This document shows positions 29,231 through 49,628 of a stretch of 64,000 nucleotides of DNA, one piece after another. Position 1 is the first letter of the stretch; each line of letters begins with the position of its first letter. Source of the stretch: Chrysomallon squamiferum (taxonomy: Eukaryota > Animalia > Mollusca); the NCBI GenBank assembly GCA_012295275.1, contig CM022673.1:5022001-5086000 (forward strand), read 5' to 3'. The translations under genes and the position numbers were made by a program. Below the pieces are notes generated by a model that was not told the origin of the DNA, ran no database searches, and was given only the letters and a program-made list of their open reading frames with translations.

Positions 29231-30540
29231 TTATTTTTATTTTTATTTATTATTATTATTTTTTATTTATTATTTATTATTTTATTTATTTATATTATTA
29301 TTATTTTTTATTTATTATTATTATTAAATTCAGAATATTTTATTTACAAATCTAATGTGAAATAACTTTTTATATATTTTTTATTTTCTACTGTGTATTA
29401 TAATAATATATCTTGTACAGAATGATGTCTTATTAAGATTTTAATTCTGATTTTTCTAAGGCAAGTTTCTTATTGTCCACCTCCACCAAACACTCTTGCT
29501 GACCCACAGGAAGTTAACAATGCAGTTAATATACTACTTTCTGCACAAAGACCTTTGATTATTATTGGAAAAGGTGACCATAATGTTATTGATAATATTT
29601 TATTTCACTGGTTATTAGTAATAAATTATTTTAGAGTAACATAATTTTGAAGTATTTGTTTATTATTTTCATATTATTTAAACTATGACTGAAAAATATA
29701 CCATATTACTACAGCTTGATAAATAATATCACAAGTTCAAAAATCCAATCATGTTATATATTCACAGATCACCACAAATTCATAAAGCATATCACAAATT
29801 CACAAAATCGTGTCATAAATCAACAAATTATATCACAAATTCACAAATCATATTATCACTATGGTTCAAAACGTCCTTGTCACATTTCACAAGTAACATT
29901 ATTACTATAGTTCACAAATCATATCACAAATTGACAAAAAAACATAAATTCACAAATTCATCAAAAACAAATTCACAAAAAACAAATTCACAAAAAACAA
30001 ATTCACAAACTGAATCACAAATGTACAGATCCTATTACCAACTACTGTTTACAAATCATTATCACAAGTTCACAGTTCTCATTATCAACAGAAATAATTT
30101 AACAGGATCAACTTATGCAAGAGCTGAAGAAGAAACCAGACAGTTGGTATCACTGTGTCGAGTTCCTTTCTTGCCAACTCCAATGGGGAAAGGAGTTTTA
30201 CCAGACAACCACGAGTTCTGTGTCTCACCAGCTAGATCAAGGTAAACATTGTAGTTTTAAACTGCATTCACTTTCCTAATTCTTTCTTCTCTTTTTTTAG
30301 AATTAGAGAGGGCTGCAATTTTATTTTATTTGTTTGTTTATTTGTTTTTATATTTGTGAGTTTGTTTGTTTGTCAATATATATATTTTTTGTTTTGTGAT
30401 GTTTGTTTGTTTATTTATTTATTTATTTATCTGTTTGAAAGATGATGTATATATAACTCACACAGAGTCAGAAAAAAACATTTTGGGGAAAAAGGCAATG
30501 TGTTATTAAGGAATTTTATAAAAATATATCTTTCTCTTAT

Positions 30541-30571
<31 letters not shown>

Positions 30572-30929
30572 CATTACTACAGTATCTGCTTCAGTTTTAT
30601 AAGTCAACACTTTCTATTAGAGTTAATATTTAAGTAAATAATTTTCAGGGCTCTTTCAGAAGCTGATGTTGTCCTGTTACTTGGAGCTCGTCTCAACTGG
30701 ATTCTTCACTTTGGACGTCCACCAAGATTCAGCAAACATGTAAAATTTATACAGGTATTTCAGATATTAACATATAAGGTATCATGTAAGTGGAATCATG
30801 TAATTGTTGTATAATGAAAATTTTGAACACTCAGATCTGGTTTCTCTCTGTCTGTGTTCTGACTCTCTCTCTTCTTTCTCTCTCTTTCTCTTCTCTGTCT
30901 TCCTTCTTTTCTCTCTGTCTTCTATCTTC

Positions 30930-31010
<81 letters not shown>

Positions 31011-31829
31011 TCTCTCCCTCTCCATCTCCCTAACCCTCTCCCTCTCCCTCTCTCACATACACAAACATACAAGCATCTTAAGAGTACTTCAGAATAATTC
31101 TCAAACAACTGAACTGCAGACCACTCTGTATCATAACTAGGTAATATATAAATAAAATAATTTTAAGGCTTGTGTTGTTGTTGTTTCAGATTGACATCTG
31201 CCCAGAGGAGATAGGAAACAGTGTAAAGCCAGCAGTTGGACTTGTAGGAGATTTAAAATGTGTTATAGGACAGGTGAACAAATTAAAAATCACTCTTGTA
31301 TTATAAACTAAATCCTCTCAGTACATCTATTTTAACACCAGCCATGAGCTGAATTTTATAAAAATTGTTTTTTGATGTACTTTCGTCACAGTTTCTTGTG
31401 TGTTGTGTTTATTCTTTTTCATTTTCTCCCTATGTCTCTCTCTCTGTCTCTTTGTCTCTCTCTCTCTGTGTCTGTCTGTTCCTATCCTATTTTCCTGTTT
31501 ATAATATATTCAGTTGTTTTAAATTTCTTATTTTCAGCTAGTCACTGAAATAAAAAGTAAATCACATGATCTTCAGAACAAGTCACACAGTGCCTGGTGG
31601 AAGAGCTTGAAGGAAAAAATTAATTCAAATCAGTTGTCAGTAAAGGTATCATCCAATAACTTTTATATCAGTGGTTATTGTTTCTGTAAAAATGTCTTAC
31701 AAATTTCCAATGAATTTATTAAAAATACTGGTCTACAGTTTATATAAATAAAAACAAAAAGATAAATATTAAATACTTGATTCAATAAATTTTATACATT
31801 TATCTAAGATGATTGTTGTCTGTTACTAT

Positions 31830-31925
<96 letters not shown>

Positions 31926-32400
31926 TTCTTTTTTGCATTTCTGTCTGTCAGTCTCTTTTACTCTGTCTCTTGTAACATGGACTTTCTGTGTTTACAGTCT
32001 ATGTGTGAAGATACCAGTCTACCACTGAACTACTATGCAGCATTTTCTGAGGTGTGAATAGTATTGAGTACATTTCACTTTGAATTCAGCAAATCTCAGT
32101 TTTTAAAGGATTTTTCATGTCGGCTCTTTCCAGCAAAAATTAAATTTGATTTAATTTTTAAAAGCCATTCTTGTTTTTTTAACAGATTTCAAAAAAAAGC
32201 TCACACAGCAGTTTGGAGCTTGAATTGTTATCTCATTCTTCACTGATAACTGGTAAAAAAAAAAAATAAAATAACAATAAAAGAAAAATAATAATAATAA
32301 AAAAAAAATAATAATACTGATAGTAATAGTAATAATAATTATATTAATGATGATGATGATGATGATAATAATAATAATAATATTGATAGTAATAGTAATG

Positions 32401-32484
<84 letters not shown>

Positions 32485-35202
32485 TTAATAATAATAGCTA
32501 TTTATTTTCGTGTAGATTCAGGAACATCTTCCTGAGAATTGCATGATCATCAATGAAGGTTCCAACACCATGGACATCGGCAGGACAATGTTGCTTAACA
32601 AGCTTCCTAGACATCGGTATCTACACTGACAGTGTTACTGAATACCACAAATTCAAATATGGAAAACAAAAAGCCAGATATTTAATTTAATAGTTTGGAA
32701 ATTTTAATAATTCTCAAAGTTCATTTTAGTGCTGGGATTTTATTTTCTGATAAAAAATGGCTATGTATTTGTTTTGCACTAAGTAGAAAAAAACATTTTT
32801 TAAAAATGGTGCTTAAAAAGTTATGTTTTCAATAATAGTTTAAAAAAAAATAATTTAAAAAAAAAATTATGACATTTTTTCTTTAATTTTATTGACTTTT
32901 TTTTTTTTTTTACTTGATAGATTTTTTTTCTTCTGCTTTTATCTCTCAAATGCTTTTGCCATTACAATTTCTCAGTAATCCAGTCAGGAACAAACACATG
33001 AATATTTTACAAAAATATTTTGTTTTTGATTCTTTTTGATTTAAAGTTTGGATGCTGGGACTTTTGGAACTATGGGCGTGGGTCTTGGATTTGCTGTTGC
33101 TGCTGCCATCTGGTGTAGAGACCATGAACCAACAAAAAGAGTTGTCTGTATTCAGGGAGACAGTGCATTTGGCTTTTCTGGGATGGAAATAGAAACACTG
33201 CAGAGGTTTTTAATTTTAAAATTAAATAATGTTTTAAACAGAAATTCAAATTAAATAATGTCTCATACTCAAATACAAATTAAAAATTATTTTGAACTGA
33301 AAAAATTAAAAATTCATAAATAATAAAAAAAAATGTCTCATTTGATACAAATAGAAATTAAAATAAATTTTGACTTTTCAGTAGTTTAAAAATATAAGCT
33401 GCAGTATAAAGATTTCCTTTGCTCTGTAATAAAATAAACTAAACTTACTGGAAGAGAGTAATTTAATGATTCTTCTGAGCAATTTATTTATTTACTGGGT
33501 ATTAAGAAGCTAGCTTGAATTTGAAATATACTTTGTGAAGAGTCATATTAAAATTACAAAGATCTTTTTATGGCAATTTTTGTCAGTGGTCAAAAAGAAT
33601 AATTTTAAAAATTTATTTTATTTATAAAAGGAAAAAATAAATGGAATTCTATTATCTTAACTGCTAAACTTTACCAGCAAGATGAATATTACAACACCTT
33701 GTTTTCAATATTCTGGATTTCAACTTTTTTCCCCATTTCACAATTACCACACTAAAGCTTTATTTGAAGGCCACCATGTTTGTTTTCTCTTTTGTGCAAT
33801 TTTGAGCTCATATTAGATAGTTTTCTGCTCTTTGAAGATACCAGTTGTCAGTCATCATCATCATCTTCAACAACAATGGCATCATGATGGGTGTTGATGA
33901 AAAAAGCTGGGAGTCCATGAAGGAATGTGACCTCAGTCTGACGTAGGTGTTTTCTACAAAACAACAACAAAAGAAAAAGAAAAGCAAAATGATACTGTTT
34001 ATAAGTATCCACTGGCTTATTTTGCTCTGATTTATCATTAGCCAAGGTTGAACATCCATTACAAATAAAACAAACACTTACAGATAAATTTACTTAAATG
34101 TATACAACTGCATTTTTCTCTTAGTGATTGTTTATTTTGTTGTAGGGAACCAAACTTTTCTAATAATGAAGTGCAACAAAATATACATGATAATAATAAT
34201 AATGATAGTAATAGTAATAATAATAATAATACATATGAATAGGTGTGTGACAGTGTAGACAACATACTGTCACAACTTAGTATAACAATCAAGCAAGCAA
34301 GAATCCATTAAATGTACCTTCCCATAAGCTTTGAAAACACAAACCATAGATTTCCTCCAAGATATGTCTTAATAGTTTTTTGGGGTTTTTTTTTGCATCA
34401 CAGAGCACTACCAACATCTCTAGCTCCAGACACAAGATATGAAAAATTAATGGAGGCATTTGGAGGCCGAGGTTACCAGGCACGAACAGTCGATGACATC
34501 AGAACAAGTTTACAGTCTGCACTGAGAGACACAAAGCACAGTTCCATCATCAACATAGAAATCAATCCTTCAGCTCAGCGGAAACCTCAGGTAAAATCCA
34601 AATCCCTTTTTTTTTTTCTTTTTTTTTTTCCTTTATTAATATAGAAATTAATCCAGTAGATCAGTGGGGAAAAAGGTGAAACTCAAATCCCTCGTTTGTT
34701 TTAATGTTACTTTATTAATATAGAAATTAATCCAAAAGGTCAGTAAAAATGTATTTATTTATTTATTTATTTTAAATCATGTAGTACTAAAATCCATTTG
34801 TTCTGATATTTCATAATTAACATAATATTTAATTTCACTGGATACCTGAAGTAATATTTAAAATGATCTTTTATTATTTCACCAAATTTTACATACTGGT
34901 TTCTTTGCCTTCTGTGTATCAAAATATGTCCTTAAACACAATTATCCTTTAAAAATTTAATATCCATTTATCATATTGTTTTCTTCTTTTTCCCGATTAC
35001 TGGAATTTCATCTTTTTTTTGTATGTTCATTTTTGAAGTACTAATTTAGATAATGTGATATATGTATTTAATACATAATTATAAATAACATTCATACACA
35101 CCAAACACAGAAACACACACACATAAACACACACAAATACGTTATATATATGTGTTTTATTTCTTTCAGGAATTTTACTGGTTTTCAAAATCTAAAATGT
35201 GA
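26277..35202 (+). CDS. HACL1: 2-hydroxyacyl-CoA lyase 1 (peroxisomal TPP-dependent lyase), 18 exons: 26277-26357, 26656-26760, 27252-27292, 27528-27608, 28024-28096, 28566-28643, 28981-29075, 29461-29573, 30106-30241, 30649-30754, 31190-31273, 31538-31645, 31999-32052, 32516-32616, 33047-33205, 33838-33942, 34404-34590, 35170-35202
   Basis: [70 protein letters not shown] motif [11 protein letters not shown]...NNNG, and C-terminal PTS1-like SKM. Confidence 0.96.
29740..30075. repeat. Degenerate TCACAAAT-based tandem repeat in HACL1 intron 8
   Basis: Many copies of (t)tcacaaa(t/a) with variable spacers; produces the spurious N-terminal extension of ORF 29751-30245. Confidence 0.8.
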
Positions 35203-36766
35203 ACAAGAAAGGATGGACATTTTTATTGTGACTGAATGAACTGATTGTGGAATTACAATATAATTTTATATCACATGCATGATTTTGAAATTATAAAATT
35301 TGAGAGATGAAATCTGCTGCCATTCTGTTGTCAGTTAACACATTATATGTATTTTGCATATGGAGGGTACTAGCTGTAAAGGGGAAGTAACCCAAAATCA
35401 CACCAAGGGGAATTAATCCAAGATGACTTGGCTGTATGCAAGAAGGATTCTACTGGAGCTTTTCTTTATATTATCAAACTATGTGTTTCCTGCTACCAGT
35501 ACAAGAAGAAGTTTTCTTTTCCACTGCATATATCTGTAACTTAAGTGCAGTCATTAACAGCAATACAGATTACTGCAAACTGAAAACATTGCATGCCTCT
35601 GTATCAGTCATAAGTCACTGGCTGGAGTTATTAAGATAAAATAAATCTTCCAAACACCTCTGGCAAGCATTGTAATGGCCAGCTACATTCCAAAATTAAC
35701 ATAAAGCAGATTTGTTAAATAAAAACAAAACAAACACTGGAATGTTTATAATTTAAATATATTAACACAACAAAAAAATACAAATGAAAATCTGAAGATT
35801 AACAACAATCTCAAATACACTCTAAAAAAATATGTATATTAAAATAACAACAACAGTAGAATGAATATTATAACAATATTTCATGTATTATGATATGTAA
35901 GAAAGACTGGTTAATAGCAAAGTAACTATCATTCATTTCATAGTTAAAGCATATTTCACACAAAAACAAAATATGGATATTAGTTCAGTTAAACAGAATA
36001 TGGAAATGTCAAAATGAACTTGATAAGAGTTTGGCAATATTTGTGGGGGTTTTGTCTCTAAAGTTAATTATTTTCCAATATACACACATTTAAAAATGAT
36101 AAAATAAATTAACACAAATTAATAATAATAATAATAATCGGTTATGACTGAGGTTTTTTCCTCTAAAGAATAACAATCATTTTAAAAATCATAATTGTAC
36201 AGATAATTCAATTCTTTTTAATTTTTGTCAGAAATATTTAAAAAATAATTTAAAATTTGTTTCATAATTGTTGATTCTAAGATTATAATTTTATGTAATT
36301 GATGCCTTTTTACTCTAGTAATTTCACTTTTATCAAAATGATTTCTTTCCTTGGATCATAATTTCATTTACTGCACTTCTGCTTGATATGCCATATCATG
36401 TCAAATGTTATTCCATTGCATAGAATCTTTGCAGTCAGAAGTAAAGCTAATGTGTTATAGAATCTTCTGTTTCTTATAATTGTAATTTGATATGTTAATA
36501 ATGCAAATGCTGAGGAAAAAACACCCGAATTTTTCAGTATTATTTTTCAGTGGGATATTCTGACACATAAAATCATAGACTTTCAAAAAATAAATATTAG
36601 CTACTGAAATTTTCTTTTATTTAATAAGTATGCCTACATGTTACCTCTTTATACTTGTAACCACACATAAAAACATACTGATAAAATTACCCTTTACAAA
36701 CACTACTCTTAGTGATAGAAACCTGTAAAAATATACAAGTGAGCGGTGATCCCTTCCCCACCCATA

Positions 36767-44131
<7,365 letters not shown>

Positions 44132-47100
44132 TATGCTAATTTAACTATGTATTTAATGCAAATATAAACTCTATAGCTTACAGGATTTATTTATGAATTT
44201 TTTAATTGAATTATAGTTTAATTTATTCAGAATTAAATGATATAAAAAAATAATTTAAAAAACCCCATTAATTTGCACATTTTCTGTTTTTAAACATTTT
44301 GTTATATTCTTCTTTTTTTTGTTTATTGTTTTTCTGTCTAACTGTCCAAAAAATAAATAAAGTATATCAGAAGATACTTACTTAACTAACTAAAGTAATT
44401 TTTTGAAAACTGTTTAATTTATTTATTATTTCCAAAAATAATTTAAAATTTTTCACTTTCTTTTACAGTTTTTTTTTTTTTTTTTGGTATCGTCCTTTAA
44501 GAAAACATTAATTTCAGTTAATCCTTTGAACTGATTCTGCTTAAAAAAATAAAACAGTCACATAATCCAAGAAAAAGTAATCCTTAATCATTCCTTCCAG
44601 AACTCTTCAAGATCACAAATCAAATAAGAAAGTAGCTTTTAAAAAAAAGAGCTCCGATATTAGTTTCACATTTGCATTATCAGCGAAAATCCATCAAATA
44701 AAATGTCAAGCAAAAGTTTCTCTGTACAGTGAAACATTCCAAGGCCAGATGCAAATTAAATTTATTCAAAGAAAATAAATAAACAAACAGTTCTTTTAAA
44801 AAGTCAAAGGTTTAAATCATAGCTTTTTTTTAAGTAACAGGTTCAAGGTTAATGTCAAATTAAGCCAAATATTAACACGTCCCAAACACAGAATCAAAGA
44901 TGTTGATAATGAGATTAGCCTGATATACACACTTTCGAGGTACAGGAAATTTTTTGAAGGTGAATAATGAATTAAAGTAAAAAAAACAAACAAAAAACCA
45001 CCAAGTATTATTTTCAAATATCACTCAAGTTTACACATCACGTTTTCATTTATCAATGATATGTTAACAATTCTGCAGGCGAATTTTTTATAAAAACAGT
45101 TTCAATATACTAAGGACCTTCGTACCGAGAAAAACACACAGAAACTGCCTCTCATGCAAACAGTGGCATCCTTAACTAAACACAGACTAAACTAATGTAT
45201 CGTTTACAGGCGAAGTCACACTCTAAACACATTACATCAGATTTTTTCCCTTTCTTGGTCTTTTAAACAGATTAGATATTTCTGAGGCTCACAATGGGTA
45301 ATTTTATCTGCCACCATAAAGATAAAAAATGTAGCTATACAATGCAACACCAGGTAATTTAGATGGTCTCACGTTTAGTACATAAAGTAATGCTAGTATT
45401 TTTCCAGCGATGAAATATTTGTTATTAGTTAAAGTTTCAGAAGTTTTAAGAGAGATTTGGAACATGATAGACAAAAGAAAATGATAGTAAGATATCACAT
45501 ATTTGTGTGATGGGTGAACTGGTATCAAACATACATGGGTTTGTTTGGGCTTTTTATTTTAAAAATTTAAAGGATGTGAGGTAATGCAATAAATGATGAA
45601 ACAAGAAAGAATACCTGCTAAATCATCCCCTAAACTATTTTTACAGATTAGCAACAAGATATCACTGATATGAACCTTCCCATAAACTGATACTTGTTAA
45701 GAGTGAGAGAAACTAATGTAAACAAAGATTAAAAAAAACAAAGGAAAAAACAAAGAGAGAATTAAAGAGAAAAAGGAGACAAAACAAATGAGAGAAAAGC
45801 AGTATTTGGATTTTTTAACATTAAAAATGAAAACAAAAATTTAAAAATTTAAAAATTTAAAAATAAACATTAAGTAAACAAAATTAAAATTTGTAAAAGT
45901 TTCACAATCCTGTAAATTAACAGTGAAATAAAAATATCTAAAACCTTTAATTTCTTGAAAAGTTAAATTATTTTAAAAGAAAACTAAATGTATATATACA
46001 AATGTTTAACAAATACAATCCTCCACCTATAGAAAGTTTGACAATAAACTGGAGTTTGTCAGTTTGGGTTGACCTATTTCAGTATTTGGGCATTAAATTG
46101 ATTTTAATGCAAACTGAAACTGAGGCTCTTCAGGGAGACTTTTGACAACTTGATTTCATCATATTCAAGGTCAAGGAAAATGTGTAATGAATATTCATTC
46201 TAGGTCAAACTTTAAATATTCAGTGTCTCATTTGTTTGGACACTGTAGAATTAGTATCCCAGTTATAAAACAAATTTTCATTCATTGTTTGTAACTAAAA
46301 ACGAAGTTTGATGTACTGTCTGTTAGTTGTACTGGGGTATTTGATGTCATAATCTAGCCTTTGGGCTTTTTCTCTGTACAATCTACTAAATAAACTAATA
46401 TAAAAATTGAATAACATTATGGAAATGTTGGTGATTGCATCTAGGCTGTCAAGAAGATAACTGCAATGGGTATGTTGTGCACTGTTGTTCAGCTTAGTTT
46501 AACAACTAAATCGTTCAACAGTTTACTTATATATACATTTTCATGTTTGAGGCTGGCACTGTATCTTGTGATCTGCGTGTATGCATGTGTGTTAGAGAGA
46601 GAAAGAGAGGGAGAAAGAGACAGAGAGAGTTATTAAAATATTAGTATATCAAATTCACGCTCTAATTCATGCAATGGGGTGGGAAGATTTCTATTTTTTA
46701 ACGTCTGCTGTCAGCAGATATATCTTTTTATGTAATAAAACTGAGTTACGACTATCATATTACCCAAGTTCCTGACAAACGGTGTATTGTTTGATAGACA
46801 CTGACATGTTTATGATATTAATATATATTTTTTTACTTTTTTGGAACTGATAAATGGTTAGGAAGGTGTCTTCTAACTTGTTTTAGTTTCGGGCGTTACT
46901 CGTAGTCGTATTTAATTTTGAATGCATGCATTGTGTTCATCAATTGCTATGAATCAAAAATAACAGGTCAGTTTACAAAAGAAAATTGTGTCATCTGTAC
47001 GTGGATCACTGACATTTTCGAATGCTCGTTGAAACTTACCCATACATTCGTTATAGAAATACTGAAATTTGTACTATTTCTTTATTGTTGTTGTTATTAA

Positions 47101-47177
47101 ATTGTTATTACGGTCATACGATACGTAAATTGTCGGAAAGAACCGAAGTACTTTTGATCTAGAGTAGTCTCCCATAC

Positions 47178-47213
47178 ATTACCTTGGCAACGATAAGCTA
47201 CATCCTTGGATAC
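47178..47213. promoter_or_regulatory. X-box (RFX) motif(s) in the enkurin promoter
   Basis: ATTACCTTGGCAAC (47178-47191) fits RYYNYY-WW-RRNRAC about 115 bp upstream of the ATG of a ciliary gene; a weaker ACATCCTTGGATAC lies at 47200-47213. Confidence 0.65.
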
Positions 47214-47305
47214 GATTCGATTTGTTTGTGTTCAGAAAGGTGTTAGTACATAAAAACCGTTTTTTCCTGGAAAAGCAATCATATTGACGTCTCTGATTTA
47301 GCACA

Positions 47306-49628
47306 ATGCAAGAAGAACCAACTATTTATAATTTAATTGAAGTACAACAACCAGCACCACCAAAACCCCCGAGGTAAGAGTAGAAATTGATCATAAATCA
47401 TTAATGTCAAAAAATATAATTATTCTTTTCATATATTCGCATATACTTTATTTTCGTTTACTATGAAACAGTTCGTTATCTCAGTATTATTAGAAAACAA
47501 GTTATTTTTGTATCATTTCACTAATATACTACAACAGTTAATTTTTGTTGTACAACATGTTGTTATGTTTAAAATAATGTTGACCCATTATAAAAAAAAC
47601 ACACCAAAAAACCACACAAACATACAACAGTTATGTTTTTTGAATAATGAATAATTTGTTACAAAATATTAGATCGTTCTTTAGTTTCCTGAGAAGAAAA
47701 ATATTCAGAAAGAATAACGTCTTGTTAAAATGATTTCTATATTAATTAGAATAAAATTAGAATAAGATAATTAAAGAAAGAAATTGTTATTACAAAGTTT
47801 TTAAATTGAGGTTTAATGAATTTTTTTTTTTTACATACCATTATGAACAGTTAGTATATTAAAATTATCTGTTTTTTTTTCTCTGTTTTATATAGAAATT
47901 ACACTCTTTTTGTTACTGGAGTCATTTTTTTAAAAAAAAAGTATTTTTTTACAGGCACACATCCAAATTCAAATATGCAGTTAAAGAGGAGCGAGCTAGG
48001 GGCAAAGCACCACACAAGACAATGGGTGAAGCTAAAATACCCTTACCTTCAACAGAGAGTTTTCTCAAGAAACATTCAAAAGAACCTCAACTCCCAGAGA
48101 GTATGTAAAGATTAAAACAAATAATTGAAATATAAACAGTATTGAAACTAATAACATTTATACAGGAAAAGAATACGCATCTTGCATTACCCCCTCTCCA
48201 GTCAATTTTCTTTTATTATTAATTTTTTTCATTATAATGAACATTATTTCAACTATCCCAAAGTAAAAAAAATATTTAGTTTTATGAATGTTTTAAATTC
48301 AGTTTAAGAAAGAAAAAAAAAAGGATTTAATAAATACTTTATGCAGAACTTTTTGAGATTCATAAATTGTTATCAAATAAACTTTGAATATTAATCAGTT
48401 TATTGTTTGTACAAGTTTACAGAAATTGGTTTCTTGATAATGGATATTTTTCAGTTTCTATTTTTTGTATTATAAACAATACACCAAAACAGGTTTATAA
48501 AAAGAGATAGTACATTTTATGTACATTTTGTAGTTATGAATACTTCAGATAATTTATTTAATTTACTTATAAAGTAAGATAATCATGCACCCAAAACCAA
48601 TCAGTGACAGTAATCTGTTTGTTAGATGTACACACTTTTCAGTAACTGTGGTAACTTTTTAAACAGAACAACCTTTCGCCTATGAATGTGGTGAAGAAGC
48701 CAAAAGACCCCCAGTCCCTACTTTAAAGGAGGAACCTCTGATGGGGCTGAAAACAAAGAAAAATTTCATCTCATGCAATGCTGTTCAGAATATCACATCA
48801 ATTCCCAGGAAGCCACAGAAGAAGTATGCGGACACCCGCATTGGTGACACGCACCCACTGGAACCTTCTGGGCTGGAACCAGTTTTTGTTCACAAAAAGG
48901 TAATACTGAAATAATTTGTATATTAATCAATTTTTTTTATTGTTTTTCATTTATTTATTTTTTATTAAATTATTTTTTTTCTTATTTCTTATTCACTTAC
49001 TTTTTTTTTTTGGGATTTACAGTTTATTTTAATGATTTTAAAATCAAATGCTTAGTTTTATGTAAAAGTATATTCTTAAAACAACAGATTTCAGTTGTAA
49101 ATCTTTTGAAATTTTTGTATATTATTATTTTTGTGTGTGTGTATGTGTGGAGGTTTTGAAGTTATAAAAAGATAATTTACAATTTTATGTCAACTGAATA
49201 TTATTTTTAATTTATTAATATAAACACACACACACACACACATTCTATACTTTATTGGGTTTTTTATATTTCATTTTAATTTTTTTTTTTTTTTACAATA
49301 ATTTTAACAGGAATATGGAAAGGTTCCTAACTACCTGGAAGCAAGGAACAAAGAAATAGAGAGAGCTCAGGAAGAATATGATCGCTACGTGGCAGAACAT
49401 TTCAGGCGAGGGGCAATGCGACAGCTGACAGAGGCTGAACGCATGTCAATACTCGAAGGCCTGAAAACAAACTGGGAAGACATCCACGAGGAATACCAAG
49501 GAATTTCTGTTGTCACAGACACAGCACCCAAAAAGAATCGCAAAGAGAGGATGGAAGCGCAGATGAAACAGTTAGAGAGAGACATTGAAATTTTCGCAAA
49601 GCACAAAGTAATATACATTGCCAATTAA
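47306..49628 (+). CDS. ENKUR: Enkurin (ciliary/flagellar microtubule inner protein); exons 47306-47373, 47955-48100, 48667-48899, 49311-49628
   Basis: IYNLI...PPKPPRHTSKFK, KTMGEAK...FLKKHSKE, KTKKNFI, YGKVPNYL, LEGLKTNWEDIHEEYQGISVVTDT...KERMEAQMKQLERDI...HKVIYIAN. Splice phases are consistent. Confidence 0.95.

Noticed and set aside
29740-30075. CRISPR-like or telomere-like array
   Set aside because: Irregular degenerate 8-mer repeat in a eukaryotic intron; no constant repeat-spacer structure and not TTAGGG.
34600-34745. Short intronic duplications (also ~42190-42495 and ~61720-61800)
   Set aside because: Ordinary local slippage duplications with no evident function.
44132-47100. Iron-responsive element in the ferroportin 5' region
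   Set aside because: I checked minus-strand CAGUGN/CAGAGN loops (~44720, 45663, 46241, 46372, 46480, 46799, 47007). None has the 5-bp upper stem plus unpaired C of a canonical IRE. SIREs or Infernal on the real 5' UTR would be decisive.
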